From Ministeria vibrans ATCC 50519 (lineage: Eukaryota; Protista; Filasterea): 64,000 bases of DNA. A model generated the notes under the pieces. That model searched no databases. It saw only the letters and a list, made by a program, of their open reading frames with translations, and had not been told where the DNA came from. Both the position numbers and the translations under genes were made by a program. The DNA is taken from positions 72,849 to 136,848 of the forward strand of contig CALSCP010000491.1 of the NCBI GenBank assembly GCA_943704425.1, in the 5' to 3' direction. Below, one piece after another: positions 1 through 9,960 of the stretch; the stretch's first letter is position 1, and every line of letters starts with the position of its first letter.

Positions 1-1365
1 CCGCACGAACTTTGTTTTTGCAACTGGAAGAGAGTAAAAGAGAACGTGAGTGAGAGAGAGCGGGATGAAGAGATCGCAAAGCGATTTCATCACGTCTTGT
101 TGTTCGAAGTGTTAGGAGTAGGCCTACACTTGACTTACCCTTCGCATTTGTACATGTTGTCCTTGTCAAGAGTTTCCTTGCGAGTAAACTTTGCCAATGC
201 CGCATCCACCGACACAACTCCTTTGCTCAATTCCAGCGACAGATCCAACGCAGATTCATTGTGAGCCGAAATTCGTCGACAGTTCTACACATAAAAGTCA
301 CAGTCAGCTTCTCGTACTCAAAACCCCGCCCACGGACACTTTTCTTTTTCTCTCTTTCTGTGTCTTTACTGTGCAAAGGATTTGAGAGCACAACTGCAGG
401 CCAAACGTGCGATGGAGAAATGTCGTTTCTTGCACAGAAAACGGGAGTCTGAAACAGAGAAATAAGAATCACTTCAAAGTCTCTCTCTCTCTTTCTTTCT
501 TTCTCAACGATTTTTAGCGTACTTTGGAAGATTCTTGAGAAATGAAGATTGAAGTTTGTCGAGCAGACAGCGCAGATACTCATGCGCATCCTCCTGATAG
601 CCCAGTCGGAACGACCGGTTAATCACTGCCACATAGTCAAAGTAGTCAGTCGGTGAGTCAACGAGTGAATCAGTGAGTGAATCAGTGAGTGAGTCGATGA
701 GTGAATCAGTGAGTGAATCAGTGAGTGAGCCAAAGGAAATAAAATAATAAGGAAATAAATAGGGGAAAAGAACAGTCAACGATTGAGTAACGTCGTAAAT
801 GAATACAAACATGTACAATTTGCGTCACACTACGACGTTGTAAATGAATACAAACATGTACAATTTGCGCCACACTACTCTGTGTTGCCTTTTTGTCTTA
901 CTTCTGAGTGATTTGACCATAGGAACAGGCTTAATGACTGGACGCAAAGACTTTTTTGAGGCAGAAAAGGAGGTACAGATGTGATGAACAAGAATACACT
1001 GTGCACACGACGAAGAACCTACATATAATAAAAATATTATTTTCAAGGTTAGCGTTAGGGTTGCACTTGTCAGTAGGTAAGGCATAGCTGGATATCACTC
1101 GCTCTTGAACTTACAGTTTGCTCTGCTGTGCTGGTCTGTGAGTGCGTAGTTTGCGAGTGGCGCAGTGTGTGTGAGACACTGTAACACTGAATTCATAAAA
1201 CTACACCGGAAAAAAAAGAAGAAAAATATGCACTCAATATCTCAGATTATCAATATAAATGGTAGTACCAAGTGTTTCCACAGTTGATGAGTCCAGCGCC
1301 AGGCGAACGGTCTTCCTTCCAGTGCATAAGCGCGCATGCCCGCTCGACTGGGTACAACTGTGTCT

Positions 1366-1402
<37 letters not shown>

Positions 1403-2002
1403 ACACACAATGATTCTTGTTACTCTCCGTGCATATGTATTTGAGTGGGGGTGAGAAGCTGCATACGGTTTCCGGCTCTCTGCGTTTGGGCTCGTGCGGT
1501 GCTTTGGGGTCGTGTGCTGCAGATGCAGTGGAGGAGGATGAGACGCCCTTGCTCGAACTCTCTTTGGTCGTCTACAAAGACACGCATTCGGTCAGTGTGC
1601 TGCCGCCAACAACCGCTGAGCGGCACGGTGTGTTTGGTCAAGGATAAGCGCGCGTGTGAGGGGAAAACGGAGGACACAAAGACACTCAGTCCATCGCCGC
1701 TCAGTCTGCCGTCACCCCACGCGAATTGGACTGCCTCCCGTGTTTACTGCCAGACGGCTGCCACGCAGATCTGTGCATTGGCGGCACAGCACACACGCGA
1801 TTCAGCCGGAAACGGAATGGCACGCGAGAACAGCAAATTTCCATTTTTTGGCTCTTTGCTAAAAGCACAAAATCCAAAGTGCCAACGAACGTACCAGTTG
1901 AAATGGATCGGGACGACGTGCTCGGTGGAACTTGATCTTGCGTAGAGGTGCCGAGGACTTCTCCTTCTGGACGATTTTCCTCAATTTTGCAACGTCCGTC
2001 AT
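1..2002 (-). CDS. Ubiquitin-specific protease, USP36/USP42 (UBP23)-like; multi-exon, 3' end runs off window
   Basis: Joined exons give the Cys box GAGLINCGNTC|FMNSVLQCLTHTAPLANY (~1370-1110), SFRLGYQEDAHEYLRCLLD (~630-560) and ESALDLSLEL...FTRKETLDKDNMYKCE (~285-140). Probable start MTDVAKLRK at 2002 is less certain. Confidence 0.9.
650..730. repeat. Intronic AGTGAGTGAATC-type tandem repeat
   Basis: Repeated gtgagtgaatca units in a USP intron; similar units recur at ~45240-45300. Confidence 0.7.
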
Positions 2003-2474
2003 TATGCAGAGTAGACAAGCGAGAAGAGACTCAAGAGAGTGTGGCCGGTCAATCAAAGGCCCGTGCTTCTCTCTCTTTTTCTCTTCGTGACCGTATACGA
2101 ATCAAGATTCAAGAAACGTGAATAAAAAGATTTCAATTTGATTCAATTTGATTCACACAAATCTTCATCACATCCGCCTCCACTCTACAGGCTGAAAGGT
2201 TTTATCCATACCTCGGCCGATCTTCCATCTTTCATCTTTGCTCTCGTGTCTTCCTTACTGGCGATCGATTGCCCATCAGAGAAAACGTTATTAAATTTTT
2301 ATGTACAATCTATGAATATTGAGTCTCACGCTCCCTCTCACTCACCACGACCACTATCACGTTAATTACAGTCCGCGACAAGCACCACCACTCCACCAAC
2401 TCACGCACGCCTTAACGATTGTTTTGTTGTTTTCAGTGTCAATCTCCATCAATCAATCAACCTGCGGTTTCACA

Positions 2475-3593
2475 ATGCGATTCTTAACGCCACGCCGCAT
2501 CCTCGTGGCGGTGATTGTTGCCGCCACGGTGTTTGCAGTGGGCCAGTACAGCATGCTCCACCTCGACGATGCACGCGAGCCCGTGTGGGGCACGCGCGCC
2601 TGCATCCTCTACGTTGTGCGCAACCACAATCTCGACATCAAGGAACTCTCGGCGAGTCTCTTCACCTTGCAAAAGTACAAAACATCGCTGCGCAAGTACC
2701 CCGTCGTCATCCTCGCCGAGGGTCTCAACGGCTGCACGGAAAACCGTCTGCGACGCGTCGCACCAGATCTCGACATTCGGTTTGAGGCTGTGTCGCTAGA
2801 CGACCTGGAAGACGCCATCATTGACATGGACAAACTGACGTACACGGACGAGGATCGTCTGCGCAACCATCGCCCCTTCGACAAGGTTGTGCGCTTGCTT
2901 CTGGGCGACATCTTCCACTTCAACGAGCTGCACCGATTCACTCACGCACTGCGTCTCGATACCGACTCAGTCTTTGCCAACACCGAGAACCACCCGTCGC
3001 TTGTCGGCGTCTCCGTGCGCGATCCCCTTGCACACGCCATGCAACACGAGCTTATCTACGCCAGCTGGGGTGAGACACTCGTCTGCGGCGACCGAGTGAG
3101 CAATCTGCACAGCACACTCCGCGATTATGTCGCGGCCAACAGCGCCAGCAACACCTGGGCCAACCCCAGGGAGCAGCAGCTTGCCATGGACCTTGACACC
3201 AATGCCAAGGCTGTCGTGACCAAGGCGGACACGCCTCTCCTGGCCGCACAGCTGCACCAGCTGCTAGAGAAGCCCCGCGACAGCCAAAGGGACACGTGCA
3301 CCGACACGGCATGCCACTGCCAGGCCGGCTACGACACCTCGCTCGAAGTATTTGACCTGCGTGTGTTTCGCTCCGACTCCTATCAACATCTCGTCGATCA
3401 CATTGAGCGCGCCGGTGGCATTGCTCACCACGGTTGGGGCCCCGACGTGCTTCGTCGCGCCATTCTCTCCCTTCTCGCACCCCCCGACACTGTGCAAATC
3501 ATCAATGTCAAAGACTACGCCCACAAGAAGGAGCAGTGGGTGAAGATTCACGAGCCTGGCTACAGGCCAGTTCAGATTTGTCCCGATGAGTAA
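2475..3593 (+). CDS. GT15 (Kre2/Ktr alpha-1,2-mannosyltransferase)-like type II membrane protein, divergent active site; intronless
   Basis: N-terminal TM anchor, ACILYVVRN, YPVVILAE, ALRLDTDS, SLEVFDLRVFRSDSY, GGIAHHGWGPD; colinear paralog of 3979-5139. Confidence 0.8.
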   Translation: MRFLTPRRILVAVIVAATVFAVGQYSMLHLDDAREPVWGTRACILYVVRNHNLDIKELSASLFTLQKYKTSLRKYPVVILAEGLNGCTENRLRRVAPDLDIRFEAVSLDDLEDAIIDMDKLTYTDEDRLRNHRPFDKVVRLLLGDIFHFNELHRFTHALRLDTDSVFANTENHPSLVGVSVRDPLAHAMQHELIYASWGETLVCGDRVSNLHSTLRDYVAANSASNTWANPREQQLAMDLDTNAKAVVTKADTPLLAAQLHQLLEKPRDSQRDTCTDTACHCQAGYDTSLEVFDLRVFRSDSYQHLVDHIERAGGIAHHGWGPDVLRRAILSLLAPPDTVQIINVKDYAHKKEQWVKIHEPGYRPVQICPDE

Positions 3594-3978
3594 AATATAA
3601 CTAGTAATCTCCTACGACTCACTGTCAAATTACTGTTGTTTTGAACTGCTGCAAACACCAACGGATGCAACTTCTGTTCTGTTGATTGTGCTTCCCTCAC
3701 CAGCTGCGGTTCCCTCGCCATCCACAACCACAGACCCCAATGTCTCATTGACCCCCCCNNNNNNNNNNGTCGGCCGCCTTGCGCTGCTCCTTCACCACCG
3801 TCTGCAGTCCCCCCCCCTACGCTCGTTCAATTTTCTGCTCTCATTGCTCATTTGCGCCACACTTGTCGCTCATCTCCACAATCTCTCTGCCGTTCCCGTC
3901 ATCATCAATGCTTGGCACTGATACTAATTGATAGTGTTTGTTATTGTGACGCTTATTATTACAAATCTCAGTCTCTTC

Positions 3979-5139
3979 TTAACAGACTTTGGCGTTTTGG
4001 TACTCCGCAGGGTCACCCGACGCCATATGCTTTCTGTGTTGGTACGACTTGAAAGGTAGCACCTTCCACGCCTCTGGACGGCTAAACAGTGCAAGAGTGA
4101 CGCGTCTCAGCACAGCGTCGCCCCAACGGTGCATGGGGATACCTCCGTGTGCGTCTACTGCGTCGTACAGGGCAGTGCGCTCCGCAGAGCGAAACACGCG
4201 CATGTCTGCCACTTCAAAATTATTGTAAAAGCCCGGTAGACAATGACAGTCGTTCTTGGCCGGTAGACACGTTGGGCGAAACTGTTGGTGCTTTGTTTCT
4301 TCCAGTTCACGTGCGACGGGTGCATACGCCGCGGCAACGGCGTCGCGGTTCATCGCTGTAAACAGATCGTGCTCTTTTGGATTCGCCCAGACTCCATTGA
4401 GGTGCTCCTTTGCAAAGGCATCAGCCAACTCAAGTATTCCTTCAATGTACATGCCACAGTCGACGTTTTCGCGCCATGTTGCATACTCGAGCTTATGATC
4501 AACGGCATAGCGAAAGGGGTCGTTGAGCGAGGCATCTTCGAGGGAATCAGACAAGAACTTGGAGTCACTGTCGACGCGCAGATAGTGGGTGAACTCTTGG
4601 AGTTCGGGAAGAAAGAAGATCTGGCGAAAGAAGAAACGGCACATGCGCTGGTAGCTGTCACCGTTCTTTGATCGTGTCGGAAAGGACAACAGTTCAAAAT
4701 TGCCAGGCGGTGACGACAGAGTGATCTTGACAAAGCGCACGTCGAGCTCGGGACGCACGGCGCGCACCATCTGTTGAGTACACTCGCTAAACCCCTCGTG
4801 CAGCACAATGATGGGGTAGGTGCGCAATTTGGCCTTGTGTTGCGCAAGTGTGTACAGCGAGAAGGACAGCTCTTTCAAATCGTCCGGGTGAGTTCGAACA
4901 AGATACACAATGCATCCCTTCACCTTTACAGGACTATCAAGAGATGGTGGGAGCACTGATGGAGCAGAACGAACGGCCTTTTCAGCAGCAGGAATGGCCT
5001 TTTCAGCAGCAGAAATGGGAGCAGAGGCGAGCGGGGCAAAGTCGGATTCAACGCTGGTCGAAAAGGTGTTCCTGAGGATCAAGAGAGAGCCAATTGCCAG
5101 CACCAGCACCACCACCGTCGTGAACAATGAGAATCGCAT
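3979..5139 (-). CDS. GT15 alpha-1,2-mannosyltransferase (Kre2/Ktr family); intronless
   Basis: TM anchor plus canonical motifs SYQRMCRFF, YLRVDSDS, FYNNFEVADMRVFRS, GGIPMHRWGDA, YQH. Confidence 0.9.
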   Translation of the reverse strand: MRFSLFTTVVVLVLAIGSLLILRNTFSTSVESDFAPLASAPISAAEKAIPAAEKAVRSAPSVLPPSLDSPVKVKGCIVYLVRTHPDDLKELSFSLYTLAQHKAKLRTYPIIVLHEGFSECTQQMVRAVRPELDVRFVKITLSSPPGNFELLSFPTRSKNGDSYQRMCRFFFRQIFFLPELQEFTHYLRVDSDSKFLSDSLEDASLNDPFRYAVDHKLEYATWRENVDCGMYIEGILELADAFAKEHLNGVWANPKEHDLFTAMNRDAVAAAYAPVARELEETKHQQFRPTCLPAKNDCHCLPGFYNNFEVADMRVFRSAERTALYDAVDAHGGIPMHRWGDAVLRRVTLALFSRPEAWKVLPFKSYQHRKHMASGDPAEYQNAKVC

Positions 5140-5466
5140 CAGAAAGAAGAGTGAATCAAACTGTGCACACGTGCAACTGATCAATAATGATGATGATTGA
5201 ATGATAGCGTCGCGAGAGTAAATATCAACTAGCATCAGTACTCAGTTATTGAATACTAGAGTAAGGAGTGCCGGTGGTGCCGCAGTGGCACTCATGGCAG
5301 AGTAGACTATGTCGCCGTGGCCACTGCGGGCAGTGAGGCACTTACTGAGCGTCGTTAACTTGGAATGGTACGAATAAGTTCAAGTTGTTCATATAGAAAA
5401 TGACAGCTACTGTACAAAAGAAAGGCTCTGTCTGCGGCCATGGCGAGCGGGGTCGGGCGGGCGCGA

Positions 5467-5873
5467 TCAGGTGAAGACGCAGGTGACAACCTGGCCAACG
5501 CGTCGCACGAGAGCCTCGTCGCCGTTGGCCATCTCCAGGAGGACTGTGGGCGCTGCATCGCTGTCGGACGGGTCCAGGTGCGCCGCTGAGTCCGCCAGCC
5601 GTGCAACGTAGCTCGCGACATTGGCGGGAACCGTTCCGCGAGCTGAAAACGAAGAAGAGCAAAAAGGAAAAAAGAATATATTATATCACTCGACACACAA
5701 CCCACGACAAGCGAAGACGCCTTACTGGCAATGCACAGCCCTTGTGAGTCTACAACTACGACGCCTTTAGTTCCGGCCTTTCCCATCCTGTGTACAGAAA
5801 GAAGCGAATGAGTTGGTCGATTTTTCAATTTCCCGTACGCTTCATCGAGAACCCTCTCCAGCTGCGACTCCAT
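5467..5873 (-). CDS. LAMTOR5: Ragulator subunit LAMTOR5 (HBXIP)-like; 3 exons
   Basis: MESQLERVLDE|..GTKGVVVVDSQGLCIA|ARGTVPANVASYVARLADSAAHLDP...VVTCVFT*; about 90 aa, roadblock-type pattern. Confidence 0.8.
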
Positions 5874-6256
5874 CTGTGGCACTGTGTGTCTTGTAAAGTG
5901 GGAAAGAATTAAGAATCAAAAAGATTAACTGATTGAATTGAGTCAGACTCGTCAATGAGAGAGTGACTAAGATCTCACAATCACAATTCACAATTATTGA
6001 CGATTCCCAAGTCGCTGCTACAGCATGACGAGTTTGAGTTGGCGGCATAACGAGTTCGATCACTTTCAAAACCCGCTCTCTAACGTGGTTTTCACTTTTC
6101 AGCACATTCTGAGAACATTTGGGATCGGCCGTTTGCACGGGCAAAAATGGTGGTTGGGCGTCGAAGATGGGTTTTTTATCATATTCATCGTATCACATTA
6201 TCTGTCGATTATCACAATTCACACCATTGAATTTCTTTTTGAGTACAGTTGTATAG

Positions 6257-9047
6257 ATGCACGCGACGGTGGCGATCGTGGCACTGGTGGTGGCACTTGC
6301 GTATTCGCCTGCAAACGTCGCTGGCTTCTACTTGCCGTCTGCGTCGCCCAATGACTTTTCCGTTGGTGACGAATTAACGGTCCAAGTCGTGAAGCTCACG
6401 TCGCGAAAGACCCAGGTGGGTATCAGTGTGTTGCATGGTCGCCTATAGCTCTGCTTGGTTCTTGTCCAATCCTCTTAGTTCCAACACTATGCTTAGTTTT
6501 TTTTTTTTTTCCATCTCTCTTTCGGTCTGAGCTGGCACACACACACTCACACACACACACACGCTCACGCTCACACTCAATCACACACACATGCGATCTG
6601 CTCAGCGCGAACCGTGGCGTAGCAGCCCTCTGCGTGGCCCGTGCCCTGTGCCATGGTGCGCTCTTGCTGTGCGATGGCCGTCGATCGTCGACTGCCGCGC
6701 AACGCCGTGCCATCCACTCCATGGGCATCGGCGCACCTTCTCCTTTGTTGAACTGCCTCCGCCGCCCTCCTCCCCGCGCTGCGTCTTCCTCCTTCCTCAA
6801 TCACAGCGCCCCATGATGAGACATGCCGCATCATATCATCGTTGCTTGCTTGTCAGGCGCTTCCTTCTCATCCACGCGTCCATCTTGCTTAAGCATTCCT
6901 TTTCTCACCGTTTCTCTCATTCTCCAGCTTCCGTATGAGTACTACTCGCTTCCCTACTGCCAACCCGAGGACATTAAACGCCACGGAGAGAACCTTGGTG
7001 AAGTGCTCCGAGGTGATCGCATCATGACAACGCTCTACAAGGTATGGAGTGAAGACCCACCCACACACAGAGATGTGTCTCATTTATTTTATCGTAGGTT
7101 CAAGTTGGAAAAGACCTTGACTGTGCCTCACTTTGTGAGCGACCCTTTGATGCCCATGAGGTGTCGTTGTTTGCGGACCGCATTCAGGAAGACTACCGCA
7201 CACACATGATGTTGGACAACCTTCCGGTTGCGCTGGTGGTCATGTCGACCAAGACGAAGAAGTTTAAGTACTCTCAGGGCTTCCCTGTGGGCCGCTGGGA
7301 CGTCAAGACGGGTCGTATTGTCCTTTTTAACCATCTTCGCTTCAAGGTATGTTGCCAAAGAGAAAGGGGGGAGAAGAGGAGTAATTTGTGTGTGTGCATA
7401 GATCAAGTACAACATTGGAAAGAGCGGCAAGTCGCGCATTGTTGGGTTTGAAGTGCAACCGCAAACGTGGGATTACAATACCATCACGAGCAGCAAGGGA
7501 GAAGCGTTGTTTTCAACGGGAGCGAGCAGCGATAAGATTGTGCGGTGCAGCAAAGGAAGTGAACAGTCGCCACAGGAGCTCACGTCGACGGGCGGAGGAC
7601 AGTCACTGCGCTTCTCGTACGAGGTGGTGTGGGAGAAGTCGGATGTTGAGTGGAACAAGCGATGGGATCCCTATTTGCACTCGAGTGAATCGCAGTACCA
7701 TTGGTACAGCATTATCAACTCGCTCATTGTCGTGTTCATCTTGACGTTTGTCGTCGCGCTCATTATGGTTGGGAGTCTCAGAAGAGACATCGCGGGGTAC
7801 AACAGTGAAGAGTTCCTCGACGATGACACCTACGAAGAGACAGGTATGTATTGTGAGTGAGGGAGAGGTCGGAAAACTCTTGATGTGTTTAACCCTGACC
7901 CCAACAACGTAGGATGGAAACTTGTGTATGGCGATGTGTTTCGTCCGCCGCAGCACAGCACACTGTTTGCCGCTATTATTGGTAGTGGTATTCAGATTCT
8001 TCTTATGCTTCTGGTGGTGCTCTTCTGCGCTGCAATGGGTAAGAATCCGTTCTTCATTTTTTGTTGCATTGCGTCTCCACTGTATGACTTTCTCTGGTTG
8101 TGACTGACAAGCTAATGTCTCTTCGAGTGCATACCCATTGAGTGTCGGCTCTGTCTCACTCTTTCTATCTGTCCCTTTTTTTTCTTTTTAACTTTCTTTA
8201 CAAACTGAACTTTTCACGCCTTGTGCTGCTAGGAATGCTTTCGCCTGCGTCGCGTGGCTCACTCGTTTCCGTTGCCGTTGCGCTGTTTGTGCTAATGGGT
8301 GTGTTTGCGGGATACTTCTCAGCGCGTGTGTATCGCACCATCAAGGGCCAGCACTGGACTCGTGCCGCTGCTCTCACATCGACTTTGTTCCCTGGCACGG
8401 TCTTCACTGTCGTGTTCATTGTCAATTTTTTCGTGTGGGGTGCTCAGTCGAGCGGAGCCATTCCCATCACAACCCTCATTGCACTGCTCTTTATGTGGTT
8501 TGGTGCAAGTGGACCTCTCACCTTCTGTGGCTACTACTTTGGCTTTCGAAAGGGTCCCTTTGACACTCCCTGTCGTACCAACCAGATTCCCCGTCAGGTA
8601 CTTTTGAATACTTTGTGACCATGTGTGTTACTATCGTCTTGTTTATGTCAATGTTCATCTTCTTATGTGTCACATCTGTTATGATCACACACATTCACAT
8701 TCACATTCACACTTACATGTCCTCACTCACTCTCTCTTTTCTACAGGTTCCTGAGCAGGCGTGGTTCATGCACCCTCTCTCTGCTATGATGCTTGCGGGT
8801 ATTCTTCCCTTTGGCTCTGTCTTTGTTGAGCTCTTTTACATCTTTTCTGCGCTTTGGGATGGAAAGGAGTACTATCTCTTTGGGTTTCTGTCGCTTGTCT
8901 TTTTGATTGTGGTTGTGACGATTGCCGAGAACTGTGTCACAATGTGTTATTTCTACTTGACCAACGAAGTACGAACCTCCAACATGTGACTGCTCTTCAT
9001 AAATCACTCAAAACACGACTCAACACAGAATGCGCTCGTCTCTCTCA

Positions 9048-9137
<90 letters not shown>

Positions 9138-9890
9138 ACACACCGCGTACCATCTCAGCCCTCTTTACAGCGCGCACATTCTCTATATCACTCACAAAAG
9201 ACATCACTCACACTCTCTATTATATTACTTTGTTTTTTATTCTCTCACACTAACTCACGCACCCCCCTCAGGACTACCACTGGTGGTGGAAGAGTATGAT
9301 CATGGGCGGCGGCTGTGCCATTTACGTTTTCCTCTTCAGCATCTTCTACTTTGTCTCCCGCCTGCAAATTACCTCCTTTGTCTCCACTGTCCTTTACTTT
9401 TCCTACGTCTTTCTTATTTCCGTCTCCTTTTGGTTTCTCGCTGCCACAATTGGTTTCTTCGCCTCGTAAGTCATTTTCTATCAGTTTGCTTCCTCCTCTC
9501 TCTCTCTCTCTCTATCACTTTGTTTCTCTCTCTTTTTATCACTTTGTATCTTTCTCCCTCCCTCCTCTCTCTCTTGAACTCTTGAACTCTCTCTCTCTCT
9601 CTTGAACTCTCTCTCTCTCTCTCTCTTGAACTCTCTCCCTCTCTTGAACTCTCTCTCTCTTGAACTCTCTCCCTCTCTCTTGAACTCTCTCTCTCTCTGA
9701 ATGTCACTGATGCGCTCTATCACTTTGTGCGTCCTTTCTTTCTCTTATCACTTTGTTTCTCTCTCTCTCAAACTCAATTTATCTTTCAATCTTTCTTCCT
9801 TCTCAAACTCTCGATGTATATATTATATGGTTTTTTCTCTCTAGGTTCTTTTTTGTTCGTATTATTTACTCGTCAGTGAAAGTGGATTAA
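6257..9890 (+). CDS. Transmembrane 9 superfamily (nonaspanin/EMP70), TM9SF2/4-like; multi-exon
   Basis: Signal peptide, [71 protein letters not shown] and C-terminal YSSVKVD*. Confidence 0.95.
9052..9142. repeat. (CA)n microsatellite in a TM9SF intron
   Basis: Directly visible. Other (CA)n/(CT)n tracts lie at ~1368, 16709, 21815, 24720, 25900-26160 and 55745-55960. Confidence 0.95.
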
Positions 9891-9960
9891 GAAAAACACA
9901 ACAGACGCAAAGAAATAATAAAAAATCGGGTATTACAGAAGTTACACTATTAAATAGGTC

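Noticed and set aside
796-870. ~30-bp direct duplication in a USP intron
   Set aside because: A simple local tandem duplication with no sign of function.
8854-9723. ORFs with HTHT, ERER or LSLS runs, also at ~21600, 25840 and 55535
   Set aside because: They are translations of intronic (CA)n/(CT)n microsatellites.
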